NCBI GenBank assembly: GCA_963676565.1
Contig: OY781089.1
Location: 576,001 to 640,000 of the forward strand
Source: Halarcobacter sp.
Lineage (GTDB): Bacteria; Campylobacterota; Campylobacteria; Campylobacterales; Arcobacteraceae
Direction: 5' to 3'
Length of the DNA: 64,000 nucleotides
Under the pieces are notes generated by a model. The model searched no databases and was not told the DNA's origin. It saw nothing but the letters and a program-made list of their open reading frames with translations. Each line of letters starts with the position of its first letter. The first letter of the stretch is position 1. The translations under genes and the position numbers were made by a program. This document shows positions 57,060-64,000 of the stretch, in pieces.

Positions 57060-57899
57060 TTAATCCTCTAAAGTCTTTTTTTGTCTATATTTAGAAATTA
57101 ATATAGTTGCGACTATTGAACTTCCAACTCCTAAAATAAAACTTAATGCATTTTGTAATAGTATGTCATACCAAGATTGTGATTTAATAGCCTCTTTAAA
57201 AGACTCAATTTGTTGTTCAGTAAGCTTTTCTAATTCTTTTGCCTTATTATATTCTTGTTCAATTATTTTCTTTGCTTTTTGTGTTTTCTGCATATCTTCT
57301 TTAATATCATTTAGTTGAACCTCTAAGTCTTTTAGATTTCCTATTGCAAGTTCTACATTTTGTATTTTTTTCTCTAAAGTTGGTTTTTGGATTTTTAAAG
57401 TAAAAGAAAATAATAAAAGTAAAACTGAAATAATTGATACAAAAGAAGAAATAGTTAATATTCTATTTTGTGTTAAAGAACGTTTTTTTGCTACTTTAAT
57501 CTGTTTAATATTTATTTTATCATTTTTAGTTAAAGTAATAAGTTCTTCTACATCTACTATCTTTATTTTTGCAATTGATAAAGCATTCTTTTCAACTTCC
57601 TTTTTTAATAAATCATCAGCTCTTTTTGTTAATTTTCCTGATGTTATCAATATAAAAACTTTAATTTTAGGAGTAAGTGAAAGTAACTTAAAAAAGATTT
57701 TAATATAATCAATATCAATACTCTTATGATGTTTAATTTCTATAGCAACTGTTCCATTATTTGCAATTAAGTCAAAACTGCCATCTAAGTTATACTCATA
57801 ATTATAAACATCAGGAGCAATATTTTTAATATTACTTAAACAAAAATCTTCAAACTCTTCTCCAGTTAATGCATATAAATCTTCTTTTGTGTATTTCAT
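57060..57899 (-). CDS. Mrr-like restriction endonuclease domain fused to TM-coiled coil-TM
   Basis: LTGEEFEDF, DGSFDLIA, IEIK, ILITSG; hydrophobic segments at about aa 147-167 and 250-269. Confidence 0.75.
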   Translation of the reverse strand: MKYTKEDLYALTGEEFEDFCLSNIKNIAPDVYNYEYNLDGSFDLIANNGTVAIEIKHHKSIDIDYIKIFFKLLSLTPKIKVFILITSGKLTKRADDLLKKEVEKNALSIAKIKIVDVEELITLTKNDKINIKQIKVAKKRSLTQNRILTISSFVSIISVLLLLFSFTLKIQKPTLEKKIQNVELAIGNLKDLEVQLNDIKEDMQKTQKAKKIIEQEYNKAKELEKLTEQQIESFKEAIKSQSWYDILLQNALSFILGVGSSIVATILISKYRQKKTLED

Positions 57900-58112
57900 T
57901 TATTCTCCAATTATAACTATAAGTATTATAACTTTTAGACTCTTAATAATTTATACTTTATTTTAAGATTATTGTAGCGAAGAGGCTCCTATAAGTGACA
58001 CCATAGAGACACTTATGACACAGTTGAAGATGACTGGAACTGTTCAAGAAACTCATGTGTGAGTGATTACAGTAGCTCTTATAGTAGTACAAGTGATTTC
58101 TAGGAGGTGACT

Positions 58113-58346
58113 ATGAAAATATTAGAGATTGTAGATAAAAAGATAGCTGAACTTGAAGCAGAAGTTAAATACTTTGAGGAGTCATTTGAAGGATGGCATG
58201 AAGAGATTGAGAAGGAAGGTTACCCTATTGCTGGAGATTTCTTTGGTCATTCTGATGACTGCTTTGATATGGGTATAGAGTATGGTGAAGGTCTAAAAGC
58301 TAGAGAGACTTTAACGTTTTTGAAGAAACTTAGAGGAGGTGAATAA
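58113..58346 (+). CDS. Hypothetical acidic phage-like protein
   Basis: AGGAGGTG SD before the ATG at 58113; TAATG coupling to the next gene. Confidence 0.65.
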   Translation: MKILEIVDKKIAELEAEVKYFEESFEGWHEEIEKEGYPIAGDFFGHSDDCFDMGIEYGEGLKARETLTFLKKLRGGE

Positions 58347-58813
58347 TGGAGTTAATTAAAGTAGATATTAGTGAAGAAGTTGTAGTAGAGGTTCAGCCAC
58401 ACGAAGAGCATGAATGGTTGTTGTCAAGTAAAGATGTGGCTGAGGGTTATGGTTTGAGTGCTAGTGGTTTGAGAATGACTAAAAAGAGATACTCAGATGA
58501 ACTAGAAGAAGGTGTACATTTTATCAATGTCACAAATAGTGATATTGGTGGCAGACCCTCAGTTTATTGGACTAAAGAAGGTGTAGTAATGTTAGGGTTC
58601 TTCATTAAGACACCTACAGCTAAAGAGTTTAGAAGATGGGCTTCAAACTTTATTGTTGAGAAGAGTAAAGAACCAAAAGCTCCAGCTGTACCTCAGACAT
58701 ACCTAGAGGCACTTCAAGCTCACTTAGAGTCAGTACAACAACTTGAAGAGGCTAATAAGGTAATTGCTTTACAAAAAATAGTAAAAATATCTGAAAGGAC
58801 ATATACGTATTAG
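58346..58813 (+). CDS. Phage antirepressor-like protein (ORF6N/Bro-N-like), apparently C-terminally truncated
   Basis: SSKDVAEGYG, EGVHF, WTKEGV.MLGFFIK...AKEFRRW, PQTYLEAL linker. Confidence 0.75.
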   Translation: MELIKVDISEEVVVEVQPHEEHEWLLSSKDVAEGYGLSASGLRMTKKRYSDELEEGVHFINVTNSDIGGRPSVYWTKEGVVMLGFFIKTPTAKEFRRWASNFIVEKSKEPKAPAVPQTYLEALQAHLESVQQLEEANKVIALQKIVKISERTYTY

Positions 58814-58846
58814 AGCAGATTAATTTTCCCCCGTAGGGTATCAAAA

Positions 58847-58900
58847 GATACACACAAACGATACACAAAAATGCAAAAGGTACACAAAAAAGTGTGTATC
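58847..58900 (+). repeat. Putative integrase arm-type sites, right (three direct, one inverted)
   Basis: GATACACACAA at 58847, GATACACAAAA at 58860, GGTACACAAAA at 58879, inverted GTGTGTATC at 58892-58900. Confidence 0.75.
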
Positions 58901-58993
58901 ATTCAGCTATAATTAAGTTTTTGTTAAGATTGTAAATGTTAAAGTTTTGGACTTGAAAGTCCTATTTGAAGGTATCTAGGAGTCAATCTTAAG

Positions 58994-59068
58994 TGGTGGT
59001 CGTAACTGGATTTGAACCAGTGACCACCACCATGTCAAGGTGGCACTCTACCACTGAGTTATACGACC
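58994..59068 (-). tRNA. tRNA-Val (GAC), right copy (keeps the chromosomal upstream region)
   Basis: Identical to 52546-52620. Confidence 0.95.
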
Positions 59069-59097
59069 AAAAGAGTGAAATATTATCTTATTAGAAC

Positions 59098-59400
59098 TTA
59101 AATACTTAAATCATGCAGTTCACTAAATAAAAAAGCTTCTACAATCTCATCAATACTTCTTTGTTTTGGCGCAACTAAAATTGCAATACCTTCTTCTTGG
59201 AATTGCCATACATATTCAGCATCATTGATTACAACTACTGTTTCAACGAAAGCTTGAATATCATTTCTATCCTTATAAAACTTACAACTTGAAATTTGTC
59301 CTTCATCTAACTCTACAAAAGCCCAATATGATGACACGTCAAGTGTTGTAATAATAGCTTCGTGCCTTTTATTACTATCAACAGGGATTAATAAATTCAT
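59098..59400 (-). CDS. Hypothetical protein, possibly NifB/NifX-like fold
   Basis: LLIPVD start, W.FVE, SIDEIVEAF end; AAAGGA SD. Confidence 0.5.
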   Translation of the reverse strand: MNLLIPVDSNKRHEAIITTLDVSSYWAFVELDEGQISSCKFYKDRNDIQAFVETVVVINDAEYVWQFQEEGIAILVAPKQRSIDEIVEAFLFSELHDLSI

Positions 59401-59445
59401 GCATCTATCCTTTCAACGTTAGATATTATATAGTTTTAAGACTTA

Positions 59446-61227
59446 TTAAAAAATATAATTCTTTTTGTACCAAATTGAAAAAATAAATAAACTCCATAAA
59501 TGTTGTTTAAATTTTTTATTTTTAGATAAATTATAGATTTGTTTTATGTATTCATCATTGAATAAGCCAGTTTCTTTGTTAACAAGTAAAATAGTATCTA
59601 AAATAGAATCTTTATATTCTTCATGAATCCATTCATTAAAAGGGGAATTAAAACCCTTTTTAGTTCTATGAATGATTTTTTCAGGTATATATTTAGATGC
59701 AATTTTTTTAAGAAGATATTTATTAGTATCTCCCACTTTTATTTTTGAATCAATTGAAAAAACTAAATCAACTAATCTATAGTCTAGAAATGGCGTTCTA
59801 AGCTCTAAAGAGTTGTTCATTGATATTCTATCAACTTTACTTAGTAAAGCCTCTCCTAGCCATATTTTTAAGTCTATATAGCTCATCCAATCAACGGGGT
59901 CTTTTTTAGGATTTTCAGATTTAAATGTAGGAACTTTATTAAATAACCTTTTTTTCTGTGAATCTGAAAAAATTTCACCAAAAGAGTTATATAGGGTTTG
60001 TTTTTTTACTATTCTTCTTAAATATTCACTCTCTTTAGTATTATTTTGTAAGGCACCAATTATGGAGTTTAAAAAATCATTTTGACCACTACTTAAAGTT
60101 TTTTCAAAATCATAATATCTTAAAAACTTTGCATAATTATCATAACCTAAAAAAAGTTCATCGCTTCCTTCTCCACTTAAAACTGTTTTTATTCCCATCT
60201 TATGGATTTTATTAGTTAAAATATTCAATGGAATTGCAGCACTATCACCATGGGGTTGTTCTAAAGCTAGTAAAGTGTTTTCAAAATACTCTATAAAATC
60301 ATTCTTTGAAATAGTTACAGGATGGTGATTAGAGTTGATGTGTTCAGCTGTAATTTTAGCAAAATTAAGTTCACAATAGTTTTTATATTCATCATATCCA
60401 ATTGAAAAGGTATTGATTTTCTTATTTGTAATTTTTGAATAAAGTGCAGAGATTAAAGAGCTATCAATTCCACCACTTAATAAACTTCCAACCTCTACAT
60501 CAGAAACCAGTCTTGATTCAACACATTTGAAAAGAAGTTCCTCAATGGAAACTAAAGCTTCATCTTCTGTTTTTATTCTTTTGTATGTATTGATTTTATA
60601 ATACTTCTTCATTGAGATTGTATTATTCTTTAAAATCATATATGTAGAGTTTTCTAAGGCATTAATCCCTTGATAAAAACTATTTTCACCTAAAGGGACA
60701 AAATATTGTAAATATTGAGATAAGGCTACTTTATTTAATTTTGGAGTTGTTCCAAGTATATTTATAATAGATTTGATTGAACTTGAAAAAATGAAACTTC
60801 TCCCATCAAAGTGGTAGAAAAAAGGTTTTTTCCCATATCTATCCCTAGCACAAAAATACTTATCCTCTTTTATATCGTAAATACAAAAGCTAAACATTCC
60901 ATTTATTTTATTTAAAAATTTCTCTTGGTATTTTTGATAGAGTCTAATCAAAACCTCTGTATCTGAAGCAGTTTTAACTTCTAGATTTTCCTCTTTTATA
61001 AGCTCTTTATAGTTATATATTTCACCATTAAAAACAATTAATATATCGTCAAAAACCATAGGTTGATTTGCTTCATTGTCTAAATCAATTATTGATAATC
61101 TTGTATGACCAAAAAGTTTATCATCTACTTGAACTTTTTTATTAAAATCAGGACCTCTATTATTTAAGTTCTCTAAAGCTTTATCAAAATTTGATGAAAG
61201 GAAGTTACAACCTAATATACCACACAT
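59446..61227 (-). CDS. asnB: Asparagine synthase (glutamine-hydrolysing) family amidotransferase
   Basis: MCGI, RGPD, RLSIID, NGEIYNY, SDTEV, LSGGIDSS, SGEGSDE, ELRTPFLD. Confidence 0.93.
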   Translation of the reverse strand: MCGILGCNFLSSNFDKALENLNNRGPDFNKKVQVDDKLFGHTRLSIIDLDNEANQPMVFDDILIVFNGEIYNYKELIKEENLEVKTASDTEVLIRLYQKYQEKFLNKINGMFSFCIYDIKEDKYFCARDRYGKKPFFYHFDGRSFIFSSSIKSIINILGTTPKLNKVALSQYLQYFVPLGENSFYQGINALENSTYMILKNNTISMKKYYKINTYKRIKTEDEALVSIEELLFKCVESRLVSDVEVGSLLSGGIDSSLISALYSKITNKKINTFSIGYDEYKNYCELNFAKITAEHINSNHHPVTISKNDFIEYFENTLLALEQPHGDSAAIPLNILTNKIHKMGIKTVLSGEGSDELFLGYDNYAKFLRYYDFEKTLSSGQNDFLNSIIGALQNNTKESEYLRRIVKKQTLYNSFGEIFSDSQKKRLFNKVPTFKSENPKKDPVDWMSYIDLKIWLGEALLSKVDRISMNNSLELRTPFLDYRLVDLVFSIDSKIKVGDTNKYLLKKIASKYIPEKIIHRTKKGFNSPFNEWIHEEYKDSILDTILLVNKETGLFNDEYIKQIYNLSKNKKFKQHLWSLFIFSIWYKKNYIF

Positions 61228-61229
61228 TT

Positions 61230-62147
61230 TTATAGTCCGAAAAAGTTATGAATTATAAGAATATAGATATAAATAAAAGCAACAAATACAGCAGAACTAA
61301 TTAAAACAGAAAATGTTGTATCTATTGGTTTACAATTGTATAAAGCTGACAGATTTACATTATTTACAGCTAAAGGTACAAGAAGTTCTAAAAAGATAAT
61401 TGCGCCAATAAATGGCTCTACATCAAATAGGAAAATTACATAAATACCAACTAAAGGAAGAACTATATGTTTAAATAAAGAGATATTTAATGCCAATTTC
61501 CAGTTTGCACTTCTAATTTTTACTTGGGACATAAATATCCCAAAAATTACTAATTGCATTACAATTGCTGCATAAGCACCCATAGTAAAAAATTTATCAA
61601 ACTCTTCACTTAATGTAAAACCAAAGTGGTTAAAGGCTAAAGCAATTATTGTTACATGAATGGCAGGGATTTTAAAAACCTCTTTTAAGGCATCAATAAA
61701 TCTAAATTTATCTCCAGCAAAAAAGTATACAGAGAAGATATAGATAAAAAATACATTTGCAATATTTAAAATAGAAGTATAAGGAACTGACGCAACTCCA
61801 AATAAAGCAATTCCTAAAGGAATCCCAAGATTTCCAGTATTCCCAACTAAAGATACTGCTCTGAAAATAGATCTATCTTGAACTTCGGTTTTAAAAATAA
61901 TTCTTGAATAAAAAAGTGCTAAGGCTAAGGTTATAAATATTACTACAAAATATATAAGTGGTGATAGTATAAATTGTTCATTAATAGGAGCTCTAGTTAA
62001 ACCCCAAAAAATAAGTATTGGTTGTAAAAAGTATAAGTTTAATAAAACAATCGTTTTTTCATTTACTTGCTCTTTGTATACAAGTTTAAAAATAAAACCT
62101 ATAATAATAAATAAATAGATTGTTGCTACTGAGATTAGTGTTTCGAT
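61230..62147 (-). CDS. AEC (auxin efflux carrier) family transporter, 305 aa, apparent ATC start
   Basis: Hand translation: frame open from 62147 (IETLISVATIY...GNTGNLGIPLG...) into the tracked ORF; AAAGGA SD 6 nt upstream. Confidence 0.8.
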   Translation of the reverse strand: METLISVATIYLFIIIGFIFKLVYKEQVNEKTIVLLNLYFLQPILIFWGLTRAPINEQFILSPLIYFVVIFITLALALFYSRIIFKTEVQDRSIFRAVSLVGNTGNLGIPLGIALFGVASVPYTSILNIANVFFIYIFSVYFFAGDKFRFIDALKEVFKIPAIHVTIIALAFNHFGFTLSEEFDKFFTMGAYAAIVMQLVIFGIFMSQVKIRSANWKLALNISLFKHIVLPLVGIYVIFLFDVEPFIGAIIFLELLVPLAVNNVNLSALYNCKPIDTTFSVLISSAVFVAFIYIYILIIHNFFGL

Positions 62148-62202
62148 AAAACGTCCTTTTTTAAAAAGGACATTTTATCATAATGTAGTAGTACCTTAGC
62201 TT

Positions 62203-63783
62203 TTAAGCCATTATACCTTTTATCATAAAGAAAATCGCAGCAGATAACAATGCTGCAGCAGGAACTGTAATAATCCATGCAGCAATAATTTTTTTAACTG
62301 CATCTCTTTTTACATATTTAACTCTTTTTGCAAGTTTGAACTCTTTTTTCTCTTCTCTTACTTGATCTATTTTTTCATCAATAAGTTTGTAAAGTTCTGC
62401 AATTCTTACATAGTCTGATTTACTTTTTTTTTCTAATTTTTCTAGTCCTACTAATTCAAGTTCATAGTTTTCTAGAATTTTCTTATCTCTTTTAAACTTT
62501 CTTCTCGTATCTGCAATAAATTTTGATTCTGATGAGTCTAGAAATTCCCTTAAGAAACCAACACCAAAAACACCACCAACAGCAATATGTGTTGATGAAA
62601 CTGGTAATCCTAGTTGAGAAGCAATAATAACTGTTATAGCTGCAGCCATTGCTATTGAGAAGGCTCTTACTTGGTCAAGCTCAGTAATTTCAGATCCAAC
62701 AGTTTTAATCAGTTTTGGGCCATATAAAGCAAGTCCAATTGAGATACCAACTGCACCAACTGCCATAACCCAAAAAGGAATACCAACTTTAGTATTAATT
62801 CCAGCACTCATAACGGCATCACTAATAGCTGCTAATGGTCCTATTGCATTTGCAACATCATTTGCACCATGGGCAAAAGATAAAAGTGCAGCAGCAAAAA
62901 TTAAAGGAATAGTAAATAAAGTATTTACACCCTCTCTATCATTTGAGATTTTTTTTGAAGCTTTTGCAATAGCTGGTTTTACTAATACATAACAAATTAC
63001 AGCAATTACAATACCAATACCAGCTGCTGTAAAGAAATCAAGTTTGATAAGTTTTTTTATACCTTTTAAAATGATATATGTAGAAAATGCCCATGTCATG
63101 ACAGCAACTAAAATGGGTACAAATTTATTTGCGGCTTCAATTAAATCTTTTTGATACATTATGTTGCGTTTAATATAGTATAAAAATGAAGCAGCAATGA
63201 TCCCCCCTAATACAGGAGAAATAACCCATGAAGCAGCAATTTTTCCCATTGTTCCCCATGAAACAATTGCAAATCCAGCAGCAGCAATTCCTGCTCCCAT
63301 TACTCCACCAACAATAGAGTGTGTAGTTGAAACAGGAGCTCCAATAGAAGTTGCAAAGTTTAACCATAAAGCAGCAGATAATAAAGCAGCTGTCATCGCC
63401 CAAATAAAGATATCAGGATTTGTAATTAAAGCTGGGTCAATAATTCCCTTTTTAATTGTTTTAACAACATCTCCCCCTGCAATAAAAGCTCCTAAAGCTT
63501 CAAAAACGGCAGCAATAACAATAGCCCACATTAATGTAATAGCTTTAGAACCAACTGCAGGCCCTACATTATTCGCAACGTCGTTTGCCCCAATATTCAT
63601 AGCCATATATGCACCAAAAACTGCACCTATAACTAAAAACATATGATTTTGAACTCCACCATGAGAATTGTAAGACCATAAAAACACCACTACCATAAAT
63701 AAAAGTGCTAGTGATAGTTTTGCAAACCCTGGTAAGGTTTTTTCCCTTGCCTTATCAAAACTTTCCATTGTGTTAATATCCAA
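62203..63783 (-). CDS. PiT family inorganic phosphate transporter
   Basis: Two GANDVAN motifs, PVSTTH and PVSSTH. Confidence 0.95.
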   Translation of the reverse strand: MDINTMESFDKAREKTLPGFAKLSLALLFMVVVFLWSYNSHGGVQNHMFLVIGAVFGAYMAMNIGANDVANNVGPAVGSKAITLMWAIVIAAVFEALGAFIAGGDVVKTIKKGIIDPALITNPDIFIWAMTAALLSAALWLNFATSIGAPVSTTHSIVGGVMGAGIAAAGFAIVSWGTMGKIAASWVISPVLGGIIAASFLYYIKRNIMYQKDLIEAANKFVPILVAVMTWAFSTYIILKGIKKLIKLDFFTAAGIGIVIAVICYVLVKPAIAKASKKISNDREGVNTLFTIPLIFAAALLSFAHGANDVANAIGPLAAISDAVMSAGINTKVGIPFWVMAVGAVGISIGLALYGPKLIKTVGSEITELDQVRAFSIAMAAAITVIIASQLGLPVSSTHIAVGGVFGVGFLREFLDSSESKFIADTRRKFKRDKKILENYELELVGLEKLEKKSKSDYVRIAELYKLIDEKIDQVREEKKEFKLAKRVKYVKRDAVKKIIAAWIITVPAAALLSAAIFFMIKGIMA

Positions 63784-64000
63784 TGAGTATCCTTTTTTGT
63801 AATTGTTTTGTAATTTAATTTTGATAGGATTCTACTGGGATATTATTTACAAATTCTTTAATTATGCTTAAAATATTTATTACTAAAATACTTAAATACA
63901 ATAAAATATCTATATTTTATTCCTTGCAAATTTTGAAATTTATCATTACTTTTTCCTTAAAAAAATAAATTTTTTTCTTAAAGCTTGACAAATTAAATTT

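Larger units (their letters stand above)
52546..59069. mobile_element. Integrative element (6448-bp unit) at tRNA-Val(GAC); putative phage satellite
   Basis: 76-bp direct repeats 52546-52621 and 58994-59069; integrase at the left end; arm-type repeats at both ends; phage-like genes. Confidence 0.92.

Noticed and set aside
52546..59069. Complete prophage or conjugative element
   Set aside because: No capsid, portal, terminase, tail, lysis, relaxase or T4SS genes; only 6.4 kb between the att repeats.
59446..61227. asnB as a lasso-peptide cyclase or part of the mobile element
   Set aside because: It has an intact Cys-1 glutaminase domain, no precursor or peptidase nearby, and lies outside the att repeats.
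61230..61583. 117-aa ORF as a truncated pseudogene
   Set aside because: The frame continues without stops to 62147 and gives a full-length AEC transporter.
4663..63646. Antisense and alternate-frame ORFs in the track (e.g. 4663-4956, 7236-7577, 35138-35500, 46253-46669, 52840-53109, 63197-63646)
   Set aside because: They overlap well-supported genes and show no recognisable motifs; they are typical shadow ORFs.
1..64000. CRISPR array, cas genes, rRNA or IS transposase
   Set aside because: No regularly spaced repeat-spacer pattern or recognisable motifs; the TACACA repeats are too short and flank att sites.

Overview
AT-rich chromosomal window from a Campylobacterota bacterium. Gene content and promoter style (fqrB, crdAB-czcBA, rnj/rsmA/kdsD block) suggest Arcobacteraceae. 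Most of it is housekeeping and metabolic genes. Two parS palindromes suggest the window lies near oriC. There are two accessory regions. (1) 19.7-32.7 kb is a metal/copper-stress region: a DUF692 (MNIO)/DUF2063/Cys-rich-precursor RiPP cluster, yceI, two paralogous OmpR-type regulator/kinase pairs, cytochrome c, a CopG-like protein and crdAB-czcBA. (2) A 6448-bp element is integrated at tRNA-Val(GAC) and flanked by two complete copies of that tRNA. It encodes a tyrosine integrase, RNase HI, an SF2-like helicase, an Mrr-type nuclease with membrane segments and a truncated antirepressor. It has no capsid, terminase or polymerase genes, but it carries tandem motifs resembling T7-like phage promoters and a motif resembling the start of the T7 terminal repeat, and no GATC was found by eye. 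It is the best candidate for an undescribed system: a putative satellite of a T7-like phage. Also noted are two candidate small RNAs or micro-ORFs, an unannotated 32-aa membrane peptide, a transporter with a non-canonical ATC start and an anchor-less SdhAB-like pair. All calls come from reading motifs by eye; no searches were run.
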